From positions 89,776,001 to 89,840,000 of the forward strand of contig NC_042999.1 in NCBI RefSeq assembly GCF_006345805.1: a stretch of DNA of 64,000 bases. Reading direction: 5' to 3'. This document shows positions 56,701 through 64,000 of the stretch, in pieces. The notes beneath the pieces were generated by a model, which did not search any database, had not been told where the DNA came from, and saw nothing but the letters and a program-made list of their open reading frames with translations. The stretch's first letter is position 1. Each line of letters begins with the position of its first letter. A program made the translations under genes and the position numbers. Source of the stretch: Octopus sinensis (Eukaryota).

Positions 56701-59700
56701 ATGTATGTGTGTGCTCTTATATTTATATATGTGTATACAAGAGGTTTATGAATGTATGTTTCTATTAATGTGTGTGTGTGTGTGAGTAATTTGTGTTTGT
56801 GTATTAGCAGACATTAAAGTAACTATTTTCATTGGTTTTATTCTTTTGAGGAGATGAGTTCTACTGGGTTTTTACCATAGTTCAACTTTTTCACAGAGCT
56901 ACAGTCTTGAGTCAATCAAAAGAGGGCAGTTGTCATCTGAATTTTTTCAAGTGATCACAGCTCTCAACCAGTCAAACAGAAAGTCAGTAAAAGTTCCACT
57001 TTGCTTGTTGTATTGAAGACTAGTGGTGAGCGAGAATAAGAACATTCTCAGGGAGATGCTGAGCATTTACAAACATCAATTGGATAGTCTATTCTAAAGG
57101 ACTTTAAAGTCAAGGTTCATGAATAACTTTCAGAAATCTCTGACCTGGTAGTGCTAGCAGGTCTTAGAAGGATGAAAATGTATTAGCAAGGGATTCAACT
57201 AAGTTAATATAGAAGCAAACATTAACTGATATTAAGAAGAGTAAACATATATTACATTAGTGTTATCTTCTATAATGCACAGAGTATTTAATAGTAAATA
57301 GTAAATGTGGTGAAGGAAATATGATCTTAGTGAATGAGTGATGATATACTACTTTTCCTAACAAATATGGGAGACAATTGTGAATATGTTTTGATTATTC
57401 TGATCTCACTTACAAAGCATAGTCTCTATTGTACTTGGTAAAGCAGGAGTGGAAGAATTACTAAATGAATGGACAAGATTGTGAGATGGAAGTGCCTAGT
57501 TTGAGGTGCAAGGATCTCTAAAAGTAGCTGAACATTATTCAGCCAGTGAAAAGCTTATTCATAGGAACTTGTTACATTATCTATAATCAAGTCTGATACC
57601 TTATTTTTGCTTCATTTAAAAGCAATCAGTAGTTTCTGTAGAAATATTTTATCTTTTGATACCAACCTGCATAAGACTGCACTGGGTTTACAATACAAAC
57701 TTCCTGTGGTTGAAATTAGTACCATCTTTCAAAATTTCTTGATAATTTATGTTCCAAATGCTAGCTTAATTAGGATTAAGATATTTTATTACATTCTTTG
57801 TTATTTTTTACAATTTGAATGAAACAATGGTAGTCTATCATCAACAGATATAGCAAAAGGGTTAATTTTGATTTCTATTTGAATACCAACAGAATTATTT
57901 CCTTTTCATTTAACAACAACACACACACAATGAGATATGGAGATTTTATTAAGGGAAATATATTGTTTGGATTTATTGTGAATGAATGGTGTAACTAAAG
58001 ATGAAACTATGTAATCACATTGACATATAGTTTAAACATTTACAGGGAAACCGTGAGAGCAGGGAAAAATTATAAGGTTTGACACTGGTGTTCTGGAGAT
58101 GAAGGAATGAGCATAGCGGTTACAGTGGGGACAGGCAAAGGTGTGGACACTGCTTGAGTGGCCTGAAGAGAGACTTGTATGGTATGCTAGATGGGCTTAA
58201 GTGGAGTTAGTATAAAACTAGTTAATTCAGAGAAAGTGAGGCCATCGTAGTAGCAACAGAATAACTTACATGAAGATGGTGCATCTGTTGGCAAGGGGTT
58301 GCAGTGTGCTGGATAACAAGTTTTTGTTACTCAGTGGAATGATTTGGTCTTGGGTGTGCAGCTACAGCACTATCCCCAGGCTGGGAGCAGGGTGGGTCTT
58401 TGTTAAGCTTTGTAGAAAAGCAGTAGATAAGAATATAAGTATTTTCTCATCCTGAGTAACAGAGCTAGTTTTTTAAAGTGAAATTTTAGCTATATTGGAA
58501 ATATGGGATTATCTGTATTAATGAGGATAGGATATAGTTCATGAAAGTAAGGCTAAAAATAATACTAAGGAGTAAATATACTTTAGTAGAAAAGTGTAAG
58601 ATATGAGAGGCATATAGAGAATGTTGAACAGTGTGTGTGTAAAGAAGGATTGTTAGAAACAAGGAGAAAGACAATATAGTTGAGCTTTTATAGAATTCTA
58701 CTGAAAGGAACATGTAGAAAAATTCACAGAGTATGCATTCTTATTCTTCAGAGTTGCTGTAAAGCCTATGAATATTCTGGTTTCATTATGGAGAAAGAAC
58801 AGTCTCATAAGGATGCTGCTGAATACTATGAAAAGGCCTGGATCCATGGCAGAAAAAACAACCCAGTCATTGGTATGTAGTATGTTTGCTCTTGATTACA
58901 TTCAACTATGTGTGTATAACTGTTTACTATTCTCTCTGCATTTGCATATGTATGCCTTTGAACACAAATATATGTGTTCAATCTGTATGATTAATATACA
59001 ATTGTCCTTCAATTTGCATACTTTTATGAGTTACTATAGAAATAGAATTAGTGGATAGATACATTTTTAATGGTATTGATAAAAAATAAATCTCTATAAA
59101 ATTTAAGCAATTGTTTATTGAAATGGAGAAAGAAGATATGGTTAATATATATATATGTGTGTGTGTGTATGTATATGTATGTAATAATAGTTTGGCTGTC
59201 ATCTTTATCTGACAGTGACCTCATAGCTACTGAGAAATAAAATAAGTAGAGGGTGAGAGAAGGAAGACACATGAGTATTGCTCATTTATTTATTCTTCTG
59301 TGATCTAGAAGGCCTTTTTGTGTCACATAGCACACACTGAAATTCTTTTGTACCAGGGTTGTTGTGTTATGTTTGAGTTCTGAGCCTCTACTGTGAGAGA
59401 TTTATAAAGCTTCAAAATCCTTCAAGTCTCTGGTGCTGACTTTCTTCCATGCAGACATGTCTTCTCTTAAATTTGGGTCGATTTTGCAGTCTTTCACCGT
59501 TGCTTTCAGTATATATTTGAATCTTTTACTTGATGTGCCAACATTACATTTTCCATTTGTAAACTCAGAATGGAAGATTGGCTTTGGCAATCTACAACTT
59601 ATCAATCTAACATTCCAGCCCTATGCAGTGTGATTTACATAATAGAGGATAGTTTTATTTGCATATCTGTGCCCATTAATTAATGTATATTTTACACACA

Positions 59701-60510
59701 CAAGTTATTTTAGATTCCACTATATTTGTGTGTATATAACATACTCTGACTGCAGTATATGGTATTTATACCTACTTTGTTTCATATCAAGCAAGATTAT
59801 TTCCCCAATGATACTGGGATCCTGTCTTCTTTCCTACTTAAACCTTAGGCTCTTTCTACTTCTACCCTCAAGCCAGTTGATTCTAACTTCAGCTTCTATA
59901 CCTTGAATTTCCTCTCTAAGTTCACTATATGAGAATTAGGTCATCAGCATATAAGAGTTCCCATGGACATCAGCTCTCTCCTATTCAACATAAGCAGTCA
60001 CTGAAGATTGGGCTTTGATAGACCTCTGTCATCATGTTATGTTCTTGAGTTCAGTTGGCATATATCTTGCTAATTTAGACATTTGCAGTAAACATTCAAC
60101 TTGTTCACTAAAACTTCATCAGGTTATAAAGTCTTTAGATATATCTCTTAACTATTTTCTTCATGTATTTCTATGCCTACTTTTGTATATATATACATTT
60201 ATCTATTTTTGTAGGATACAAGCTTGCCTTCAACTACCTTAAAGCCAAACGCTATACTGAAGCCATTGATATTTGTAATTTGGTAAGAATTCAGTTTCAA
60301 AAACTATTTGTGATTAATTAGGACTAATTTTTAAGTTAACATGTTATATAACCATTTTGTCTTCTTTGTTTTTTGTGCTGTTGTGAGTTCTGTTCTAACA
60401 CATGATTTTATTTGATTTGATTTTCCTTATAGGTACTGGCTTCTCATCCAAATTATCCAAAAATACAGAAAGAAATCCTTACTAAAGCAAGATCTAACTG
60501 GCGGACCTAG
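201..60510 (+). CDS. TTC21B: Tetratricopeptide repeat protein 21B / IFT139 (IFT-A subunit), 5'-partial, 34 exons in window
   Basis: Exons: 201-302, 2747-2838, 4321-4518, 5024-5108, 6196-6294, 6738-6930, 9466-9563, 10238-10345, 10622-10714, 11936-12065, 12881-12966, 15752-15823, 18049-18169, 21091-21188, 22618-22856, 24070-24142, 26001-26111, 26274-26326, 26722-26810, 29231-29357, 31070-31135, 31914-32016, 34304-34414, 36824-36905, 37863-38013, 38742-38903, 40534-40597, 41742-41867, 49449-49562, 55972-56025, 56602-56658, 58752-58872, 60215-60282, 60433-60510. All are flanked AG/GT, phases are compatible, and they total 3624 nt with no internal stop. Peptides match remembered TTC21B motifs ([110 protein letters not shown]). 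Confidence 0.95.
1000..1640 (-). mobile_element. Decayed mariner (DD34D) transposase fragment
   Basis: Minus-strand peptides [26 protein letters not shown] and PSDYHFF are mariner catalytic-domain motifs; frameshifted. Confidence 0.88.
2747..2838 (+). CDS. TTC21B: TTC21B exon 2 in window
   Basis: tag|[30 protein letters not shown]|gtaagt, ends in phase 2. Confidence 0.88.
4321..4518 (+). CDS. TTC21B: TTC21B exon 3 in window
   Basis: cag|[13 protein letters not shown]...[19 protein letters not shown]|gtaagt. Confidence 0.93.
5024..5108 (+). CDS. TTC21B: TTC21B exon 4 in window
   Basis: cag|[28 protein letters not shown]|gtaggt. Confidence 0.88.
5755..6020 (+). mobile_element. Short RTE-related non-autonomous retroelement with (AAC)n tail
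   Basis: CpG-richer island ending CTCCATTGTCTCCCTAGACAAAAAGATGCC-AACAACAACAA, which resembles RTE-clade 3' ends as I recall them (inference). Confidence 0.5.
6196..6294 (+). CDS. TTC21B: TTC21B exon 5 in window
   Basis: tag|[33 protein letters not shown]|gtaagt. Confidence 0.83.
6738..6930 (+). CDS. TTC21B: TTC21B exon 6 in window
   Basis: cag|[11 protein letters not shown]...[11 protein letters not shown]|gtacaa; a (CT)n tract precedes the acceptor. Confidence 0.9.
7755..9243 (-). mobile_element. Truncated, decayed hAT Buster/Charlie (ZBED8-like) DNA transposon
   Basis: End TIR CAGTGGTTCTTAACC at 7755, preceded by the TA-centred 8-mer ACCTAGAC. Minus-strand fragments [25 protein letters not shown] and [21 protein letters not shown] are hAT core and dimerisation motifs. 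Multiple frameshifts; the other end is not found. Confidence 0.9.
9466..9563 (+). CDS. TTC21B: TTC21B exon 7 in window
   Basis: tag|[33 protein letters not shown]|gtaagt. Confidence 0.92.
10238..10345 (+). CDS. TTC21B: TTC21B exon 8 in window
   Basis: tag|[36 protein letters not shown]|gtacct. Confidence 0.88.
10622..10714 (+). CDS. TTC21B: TTC21B exon 9 in window
   Basis: cag|[31 protein letters not shown]|gtgagt. Confidence 0.92.
11936..12065 (+). CDS. TTC21B: TTC21B exon 10 in window
   Basis: cag|[15 protein letters not shown]...LLAKVKYLC|gtaagt. Confidence 0.92.
12881..12966 (+). CDS. TTC21B: TTC21B exon 11 in window
   Basis: tag|[29 protein letters not shown]|gtaaat. Confidence 0.92.
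13370..13680 (+). mobile_element. tRNA-head SINE family C (head plus duplicated body)
   Basis: GGCGAGCTGGCAGAATCATTAGC head and GTTCTGAGTTCAAATTCC body; same family at 39649-40057 (+) and about 15225-15390 (-). Confidence 0.7.
15752..15823 (+). CDS. TTC21B: TTC21B exon 12 in window
   Basis: cag|[24 protein letters not shown]|gttagt. Confidence 0.9.
18049..18169 (+). CDS. TTC21B: TTC21B exon 13 in window
   Basis: aag|[20 protein letters not shown]...[10 protein letters not shown]|gttaga. Confidence 0.92.
18895..21000 (-). mobile_element. 5'-truncated RTE-clade LINE (RT to 3' UTR with ~62-bp tandem array and (GAT)n tail)
   Basis: Minus-strand peptides [44 protein letters not shown] and [11 protein letters not shown]; 3' UTR array at about 19075-19480; ends GTTAAACGACGATGATGATG; contains stops and frameshifts. 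Confidence 0.9.
21091..21188 (+). CDS. TTC21B: TTC21B exon 14 in window
   Basis: aag|[33 protein letters not shown]|gtaagg; acceptor is weak but phase-compatible. Confidence 0.85.
22618..22856 (+). CDS. TTC21B: TTC21B exon 15 in window
   Basis: cag|[22 protein letters not shown]...YANCY|gtataa. Confidence 0.95.
24070..24142 (+). CDS. TTC21B: TTC21B exon 16 in window
   Basis: cag|[24 protein letters not shown]|gtgagt. Confidence 0.94.
24915..25712 (+). mobile_element. 3'-end copy of the same RTE LINE family with expanded UTR array
   Basis: Starts CTTGAGAAAACCCGGCAAG (matches the reverse complement of 19520-19550), then the tandem array, then the conserved GGTTGGCGTTAGGAAGGGCATCCAGC...CCATGCTAGCATGG and (GAT)n tail. 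Confidence 0.85.
25021..25544 (+). repeat. Minisatellite: 8 full plus 1 partial units of 61-63 bp
   Basis: Unit GCCCCCGTGCCGGTGRCACGTAAAAGCACCATCCGTTCGTG..., with two alternating variants; it accounts for the repetitive ORFs in 24916-25660. Confidence 0.92.
26001..26111 (+). CDS. TTC21B: TTC21B exon 17 in window
   Basis: cag|[37 protein letters not shown]|gtaagt. Confidence 0.94.
26274..26326 (+). CDS. TTC21B: TTC21B exon 18 in window
   Basis: tag|[17 protein letters not shown]|gtatga. Confidence 0.9.
26722..26810 (+). CDS. TTC21B: TTC21B exon 19 in window
   Basis: tag|[30 protein letters not shown]|gtgagt. Confidence 0.92.
27036..27690 (+). mobile_element. 5' half of a decayed mariner element
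   Basis: TA + TIR-like TGAGGGTGGGCTGAAAAGTTC; peptides [38 protein letters not shown] and degenerate FL.QDEC. Confidence 0.85.
28648..29110 (-). mobile_element. RTE LINE 3'-end copy (other copies about 1918-2085, 12345-12505, 27880-28035, 28280-28450, 39310-39500, 44230-44468, 46760-47090)
   Basis: Shared motif GGATGCCCTTCCTAATGCCAACCACT and (CAT)n/(GAT)n tail. Confidence 0.8.
29231..29357 (+). CDS. TTC21B: TTC21B exon 20 in window
   Basis: cag|[20 protein letters not shown]...SKAKDLQI|gtaagt. Confidence 0.88.
29510..29900 (+). mobile_element. tRNA-derived CORE-like SINE family B (also about 34610-34880, 42020-42190, 47860-48120, 49720-49980, 61588-61770)
   Basis: A-box TGGCTGTGTGG and B-box GGTTCAGTCCC, followed by ACCTTGGGCAAGTGTCTTCT (MIR-CORE-like) and an internal (TA)/(TG)n tract. 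Confidence 0.75.
31070..31135 (+). CDS. TTC21B: TTC21B exon 21 in window
   Basis: tag|[21 protein letters not shown]|gtaatt. Confidence 0.9.
31317..31358 (-). ncRNA. Minimal type-I hammerhead ribozyme motif (Penelope-like pLTR type)
   Basis: Minus strand AACUGU-CUGAUGA-AC(AGAAAC)GU-GAAA-CUCUGAG-UA-ACAGUU: complete core, 6-bp stem I, GUA cleavage triplet, near-palindromic stem III. Confidence 0.75.
31914..32016 (+). CDS. TTC21B: TTC21B exon 22 in window
   Basis: cag|[34 protein letters not shown]|gtatgt. Confidence 0.9.
32770..33350 (+). mobile_element. Decayed Penelope-like element GIY-YIG endonuclease remnant and 3' region
   Basis: [22 protein letters not shown]...[16 protein letters not shown] resembles PLE FTC.S.NVIY.I.C..C...YIGET.R.L..RF.EHL. 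Confidence 0.65.
34304..34414 (+). CDS. TTC21B: TTC21B exon 23 in window
   Basis: tag|[37 protein letters not shown]|gtgagt. Confidence 0.94.
35050..35330 (+). mobile_element. RTE LINE AP-endonuclease remnant
   Basis: [23 protein letters not shown] resembles GDFNGHVG..DG..GVHGG. Confidence 0.55.
36824..36905 (+). CDS. TTC21B: TTC21B exon 24 in window
   Basis: cag|[27 protein letters not shown]|gtgaga. Confidence 0.92.
37863..38013 (+). CDS. TTC21B: TTC21B exon 25 in window
   Basis: cag|[14 protein letters not shown]...[11 protein letters not shown]|gtaaga. Confidence 0.92.
38742..38903 (+). CDS. TTC21B: TTC21B exon 26 in window
   Basis: cag|[18 protein letters not shown]...[26 protein letters not shown]|gttaga. 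Confidence 0.94.
39649..40057 (+). mobile_element. Young SINE family C copy with one head and two tandem ~180-bp bodies
   Basis: CpG-rich; body repeats at 39696-39875 and 39876-40057, each ending GGGTAGTAAAGAAATAG. Confidence 0.8.
40534..40597 (+). CDS. TTC21B: TTC21B exon 27 in window
   Basis: tag|[21 protein letters not shown]|gtaaga. Confidence 0.9.
41742..41867 (+). CDS. TTC21B: TTC21B exon 28 in window
   Basis: tag|[16 protein letters not shown]...[17 protein letters not shown]|gtaagt. Confidence 0.92.
42380..42665 (+). mobile_element. tRNA-derived SINE family D (V-SINE-like central motif)
   Basis: A-box TGGTCGAGTGG, B-box GGATTCAAATC, CACCTGTGACAGACTGGC motif and (AAC)n tail. Confidence 0.6.
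44753..44811 (-). ncRNA. Type-I hammerhead ribozyme motif (minus arm of inverted pair)
   Basis: GGGU-CUGAAGA-[31-nt stem II with GUAAAGC/GCUUUAU]-GAAA-UCCAAGG-UA-ACCC. Confidence 0.6.
44950..45008 (+). ncRNA. Type-I hammerhead ribozyme motif (plus arm; sense to TTC21B pre-mRNA)
   Basis: AGGU-CUGAAGA-[31-nt stem II with CUGUAAAG/CUUUAUGG]-GAAA-CCCAGAG-UA-ACCU. Confidence 0.55.
45950..46330 (-). mobile_element. Penelope-like terminal-repeat fragment carrying a variant hammerhead (46018-46052)
   Basis: Minus strand GUUU-CCGACGA-A-GAG(CUCCA)CUU-GAAA-CG-UU-AAAC within a CpG-containing repeat next to (TG)n tracts. Confidence 0.55.
46440..46760. repeat. Degenerate (TG/TA)n microsatellite block
   Basis: Directly visible; source of the Cys/Val- and His/Thr-rich spurious ORFs. 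Confidence 0.9.
49449..49562 (+). CDS. TTC21B: TTC21B exon 29 in window
   Basis: cag|[38 protein letters not shown]|gtgagt. Confidence 0.95.
50173..50588 (+). repeat. 5' LTR (416 bp)
   Basis: TGTAGTGATG...CACGTTACA; differs from the 3' LTR by 2 substitutions and 2 single-base indels. Confidence 0.97.
50591..50600 (+). promoter_or_regulatory. Primer-binding site complementary to tRNA-Trp 3' end
   Basis: TGGTGACCCC 2 nt after the LTR; complement of ...GGGGUCACCA. Confidence 0.85.
50987..51722 (+). CDS. Gag (two apparent 1-nt deletions near 51227 and 51273)
   Basis: [23 protein letters not shown]; LGDRTPS(Q)FLRHL; LFFSRLP-type segment; [19 protein letters not shown] (CHCC nucleocapsid); stop TAA at 51720-51722. 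Confidence 0.9.
51713..54938 (+). CDS. Pol polyprotein PR-RT-RNaseH-IN in -1 frame (five apparent 1-nt deletions between 51914 and 52994)
   Basis: PR VDTGS and ILGADFL; [20 protein letters not shown]; RH DASD..RELLAI..TDHKPL; IN HHCC (HSLSH..CSKC), [25 protein letters not shown]; stop at 54936-54938. Confidence 0.93.
55056..55064 (+). promoter_or_regulatory. Polypurine tract
   Basis: GGAGGGGAG, 2 nt before the 3' LTR. Confidence 0.8.
55067..55484 (+). repeat. 3' LTR (418 bp) with AATAAA at 55354-55359
   Basis: Near-identical direct repeat of 50173-50588. Confidence 0.97.
55972..56025 (+). CDS. TTC21B: TTC21B exon 30 in window
   Basis: cag|[18 protein letters not shown]|gtatca. Confidence 0.94.
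56602..56658 (+). CDS. TTC21B: TTC21B exon 31 in window
   Basis: cag|[19 protein letters not shown]|gtaaat. Confidence 0.94.
58752..58872 (+). CDS. TTC21B: TTC21B exon 32 in window
   Basis: cag|[17 protein letters not shown]...KNNPVI|gtatgt. Confidence 0.95.
60215..60282 (+). CDS. TTC21B: TTC21B exon 33 in window
   Basis: tag|[23 protein letters not shown]|gtaaga. Confidence 0.95.
60433..60510 (+). CDS. TTC21B: TTC21B terminal coding exon
   Basis: tag|[25 protein letters not shown] (TAG at 60508-60510). Confidence 0.94.
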   Translation, partial: VLASHPNYPKIQKEILTKARSNWRT

Positions 60511-60580
60511 AAACTTAACTATCATCTTTGTAAAATTATCTAGTCTGGAAATGTTTATTTCTTCTTAAAAAGTGTTTGTT

Positions 60581-60586
60581 AATAAA
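60581..60586 (+). terminator. Candidate polyadenylation signal of TTC21B
   Basis: First AATAAA, 70 nt after the stop codon, followed by T-rich sequence; no transcript evidence. Confidence 0.45.
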
Positions 60587-61794
60587 TCTAGTGTAATATA
60601 TTTTATACACAATCTGGTCAGTTTTTCTCGGCTACCTTTTAATTTTATCTCAATCAACAGTTCATTTGTTCATTCATGTTGCTAATTTGTAAGTCATTAG
60701 TCTATGAGGAACTTATTGTATAAATAATTTTCATATAAATCAATATACCATAACATGTGGATGTGCACCTATATTTACATTTTTCCTGTTAGAACTAATT
60801 ACTTTTTTAATCTCCTGAAAGCTTCGTGGTCCTATCAAAAATCAAGAGAAACTGGAGATTACTCTTACATTTCATTACTCTCCAATCATTATTATATTCA
60901 AAGTAAATCATTACATTTAAATATCTTTCATATGAAACAAGATATTTCAAGATACTGAAATTGCAAATGTTATTTAACTGTCAACAGATTTGCTTCACTT
61001 ACAAACTTGACATGACTTCTTGCAGTAGAAAAGCATATATTCTGGGTTTGATTTACATTCACCCATCTTGGCCCAAGCTCCACATTTGCTATTCTCATCT
61101 GCACAAGCTAGAACGAAAGAAGTAAATATTATAATAAGATATGAAGCAAAACCAATAATGAAATTAATTGTTAGTCCCTTTCAATAAACAGGATATTGAA
61201 TGCTCTACCATCTTAGACAGTACTGAATCTTAATATATAAAATGCTGCATGATCTTAATGTCCTTGTTCTAACAAAGATGTGTCATTAGAAACTCTTTCT
61301 ATAGTGCACTAAAATTCTGCCTATTTACATATGTCACTGAGGGTACCCTACTAATTTCTTCATACAAGCTGGTTGGAAACAAGGCTTGGATGATACCCAG
61401 TGTGCAGTAATAACATGAAAAAGATCTGCCTTATTTCTTCAGTAATTTTAATGGGATGCAGCAATAAAGATATCCAGAATGGTAGTAGAACCAAGTCTAG
61501 ATTAATAGTATTCTTAGATATTTAAATAGCAATTTTTTCAGACGTTTCTTACTGATAAACTGTACTATTGCAAAAGAAAAAAAAAATACAGGCATGGCTG
61601 TGTGGTAAGCAGCTTGCTTCCCAACCACAAGGTGCCAGTTTCAGACCCACTGCATGGCACCTTGGGAAAGTGTCTTTCTTCTAGTATAGTCTTGGACTGA
61701 TCAAAGCCTTGTGAGTGGATTTGTAGACAGAAACTTAAAGAAGCTTGTCATGTGTGTGTGTGTGTGGAGTTGTGGGGTACCGCACGAGTGGAAT

Positions 61795-62634
61795 TATATA
61801 TGAAAGAAGGTTTGAAATGCAATTTAAAAGATGTTTATTTACTTTACCGGTTTCACTCTTTGGAAAAAGATTGTCAAAAGTAACATGTAGAAGTTTGGTT
61901 GCATTAATTATTGGTTGTTGCAAATTGCCACGTTACATATATACAGTCTTTGGTAATAGGGACATGTTAAGGACATAGAAAAGTTCAACAAGTTCCTTAA
62001 AATATTGGGCACAAAAGATTACTACATAAATAATCGTTCTCAAGGACATGCTTAAGATAGTTTCCAGAAGGAATTGATATTGGTATTTTATCTGTATATT
62101 CAAACATGCACAGAATATTGGTTGACACAGAGTACTATAATCCATATAAATATACATTCTTTGGTGACAAGAGTATACTTTAATAATTCCTCCTGGAAAT
62201 TATCTTGAGATGTATAATATATTTGTTGTAATCTTTTGTGCCCATTATTTCAATGAGCTTGTTAAACTTTTTTATATTCTCAACATACTTTTATAGTACT
62301 CTGTGTCAACCAATATTCTGTGCATGTTTGAATATACAGATAAAATACCAATATCAATTCCTTCTGGAAACTATCTTAAGCATGTCCTTGAGAACGATTA
62401 TTTATGTAGTAATCTTTTGTGCCCAATATTTTAAGGACTTGTTGAACTTTTTTGTCCTTAACATGTCCCTGTTACCAAAGACTGTATACATGTAATGTAG
62501 CAATTTGCAACAACCAATAATTAATGCAACCAAACTTCTACATGTTACTTTTGACAATCTTTTTCCAAAGAGTGAAACCGGTAAAGTAAATAAACATCTT
62601 TTAAATTGCATTTTCAAACCTTCTTTCGTATATA
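61795..62634. mobile_element. TA-flanked fold-back / MITE-like element (~345-bp inverted arms, 150-bp spacer)
   Basis: 61795-62140 is the reverse complement of 62291-62634 with only about ten differences; mirrored ORFs appear in the track. Confidence 0.88.
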
Positions 62635-64000
62635 TATTTATATATATGTGTCTGTTGTCACCATCATTGCTTGAGAACCAATGTCAATGTAATTATGTCC
62701 CCATAACTTAGCGGTTTGGCAAAAGAGCCCAATACAATAAGTACTCAGCTAACACTCTTTAAAGCAATGCTCCAGCATGGCTGCAGTCAAGTGATTGAAA
62801 CAAGTAAAAGAATAAAAGAACTTAATGAAACAGAGTTAGGTCTCAAATACTAACACAGTATCAACTGGTGGCAGGCTCCATAGAGCAAAAAGTAGTTGCT
62901 GGCTAATTCAGTTAAATCAGTGACCTTGTTCTATTTGTATCAAGACTTCTTGACAAATATATATATATATATTCTATGTAAATAAAATTTAAAAAATACT
63001 ATTTTATCAGCTTTGAAGAAACTCAAGTTGCAACTTACGTTCAGCACCATAGGATTGGCTATTCTGTCCACAATTATTACAGGATTTTTTGCAGTTATTT
63101 AGCATATAGCCTGGGTTCCTGTGACATTCTCCACTTTCTGCCCAATCTTTACAGTGCGTGTTTCCATCCAGACAATCTGGAAAAATAAAGAAGTAAATTC
63201 CGTAATGATCCTCAACTGTGTCTAAAATTTCTAAATTCTGGTTTCTAGTATTAAAATTATGAGAGAGAAATTTCTTATTGGCTAGGAAGCTGGTATACGA
63301 TAGGAAGATTAGATTTTAAAAGTCAACTGCTTCTTGTGCAGTTTAGAATGAAACAAGATGGAGTTAAATCATATTCCTGAAGAGACTTTAAAATGTCTAC
63401 AGTGCAATGGAGAAATGGACTCATGGGTTTTGAGTTTTATAATGTTTTCTTTTCCATCTGAATTAGTATATAAAGATGTTGATTAATGCAGTGCAGTCAG
63501 CTAGAGGTTCTGAGTTCAATCTCAGGTGAGTTACTCAGGTGAATCATATGACACCTGAAGAAGGCTGGAGCATACAAGAGCTGAAACATAATGGAAACAG
63601 CAGTGTAGATGAGGGCACCAGTCCAACTAATCTAAACAGTGTACATAATGTAAATTCCTCATTTCAGAGGAATATTTTACTGTCAGGATATTTTTACTGT
63701 ACTTGAAGGTTATTTTAATAAGCTGCATCCAAAATGGAATCCATTTTGTTACCATCACATCTAGATTTCAATATACCCAAGCCCACCAATTTTCAGTGAG
63801 TGATATGCTTGGACTTTAATATGGTCGATTTTACCCTGGGGCAACAGAGTGGATACACCAAATATCGATGCTATTTATGTATGTGAGACAGCAGAGCTAG
63901 GGAAAGAGTGATCAAGTAATGGCCATAGCAAACAATAGTCCCAGGGTGTTTCAATGTGGTTGAAGAGCCTTTAGTTCAACCAGGAAAAAACATCCTACCT

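Noticed and set aside
222-63999. Remaining 60-130 aa ORFs in the track as nested genes
   Set aside because: They are either exon read-throughs into introns, repeat fragments or low-complexity translations; I found no consistent second spliced gene on either strand.

Overview
AT-rich eukaryotic (metazoan) genomic DNA. The repeat landscape looks octopus/cephalopod-like, but that is an inference. The window is spanned on the + strand by a partial intraflagellar-transport gene, TTC21B/IFT139. I can assemble 34 GT-AG exons (201-60510) into an uninterrupted 3624-nt frame (1207 aa + stop); the 5' exons lie upstream of the window. The introns hold a young full-length Ty3/Gypsy LTR retrotransposon (50173-55484; CsRN1/Kabuki/Boudicca-type CHCC Gag, tRNA-Trp PBS, TATA target duplication, -1 frameshift signal). 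They also hold decayed mariner, hAT-Buster, RTE-LINE and Penelope-like remnants, several tRNA-derived SINE families and microsatellites. The most unusual signals are: (i) several minimal type-I hammerhead ribozyme motifs, two of them in inverted (fold-back, both-polarity) pairs at 31276-31440 and 44753-45008; (ii) an LTR element whose only lesions are 1-nt homopolymer deletions, so it is probably intact in vivo, and which carries an in-frame splice acceptor that could fuse TTC21B to Gag; (iii) repeated long fold-back structures that would form dsRNA near or within the transcript. All structure and homology calls were made by eye, with no searches run.
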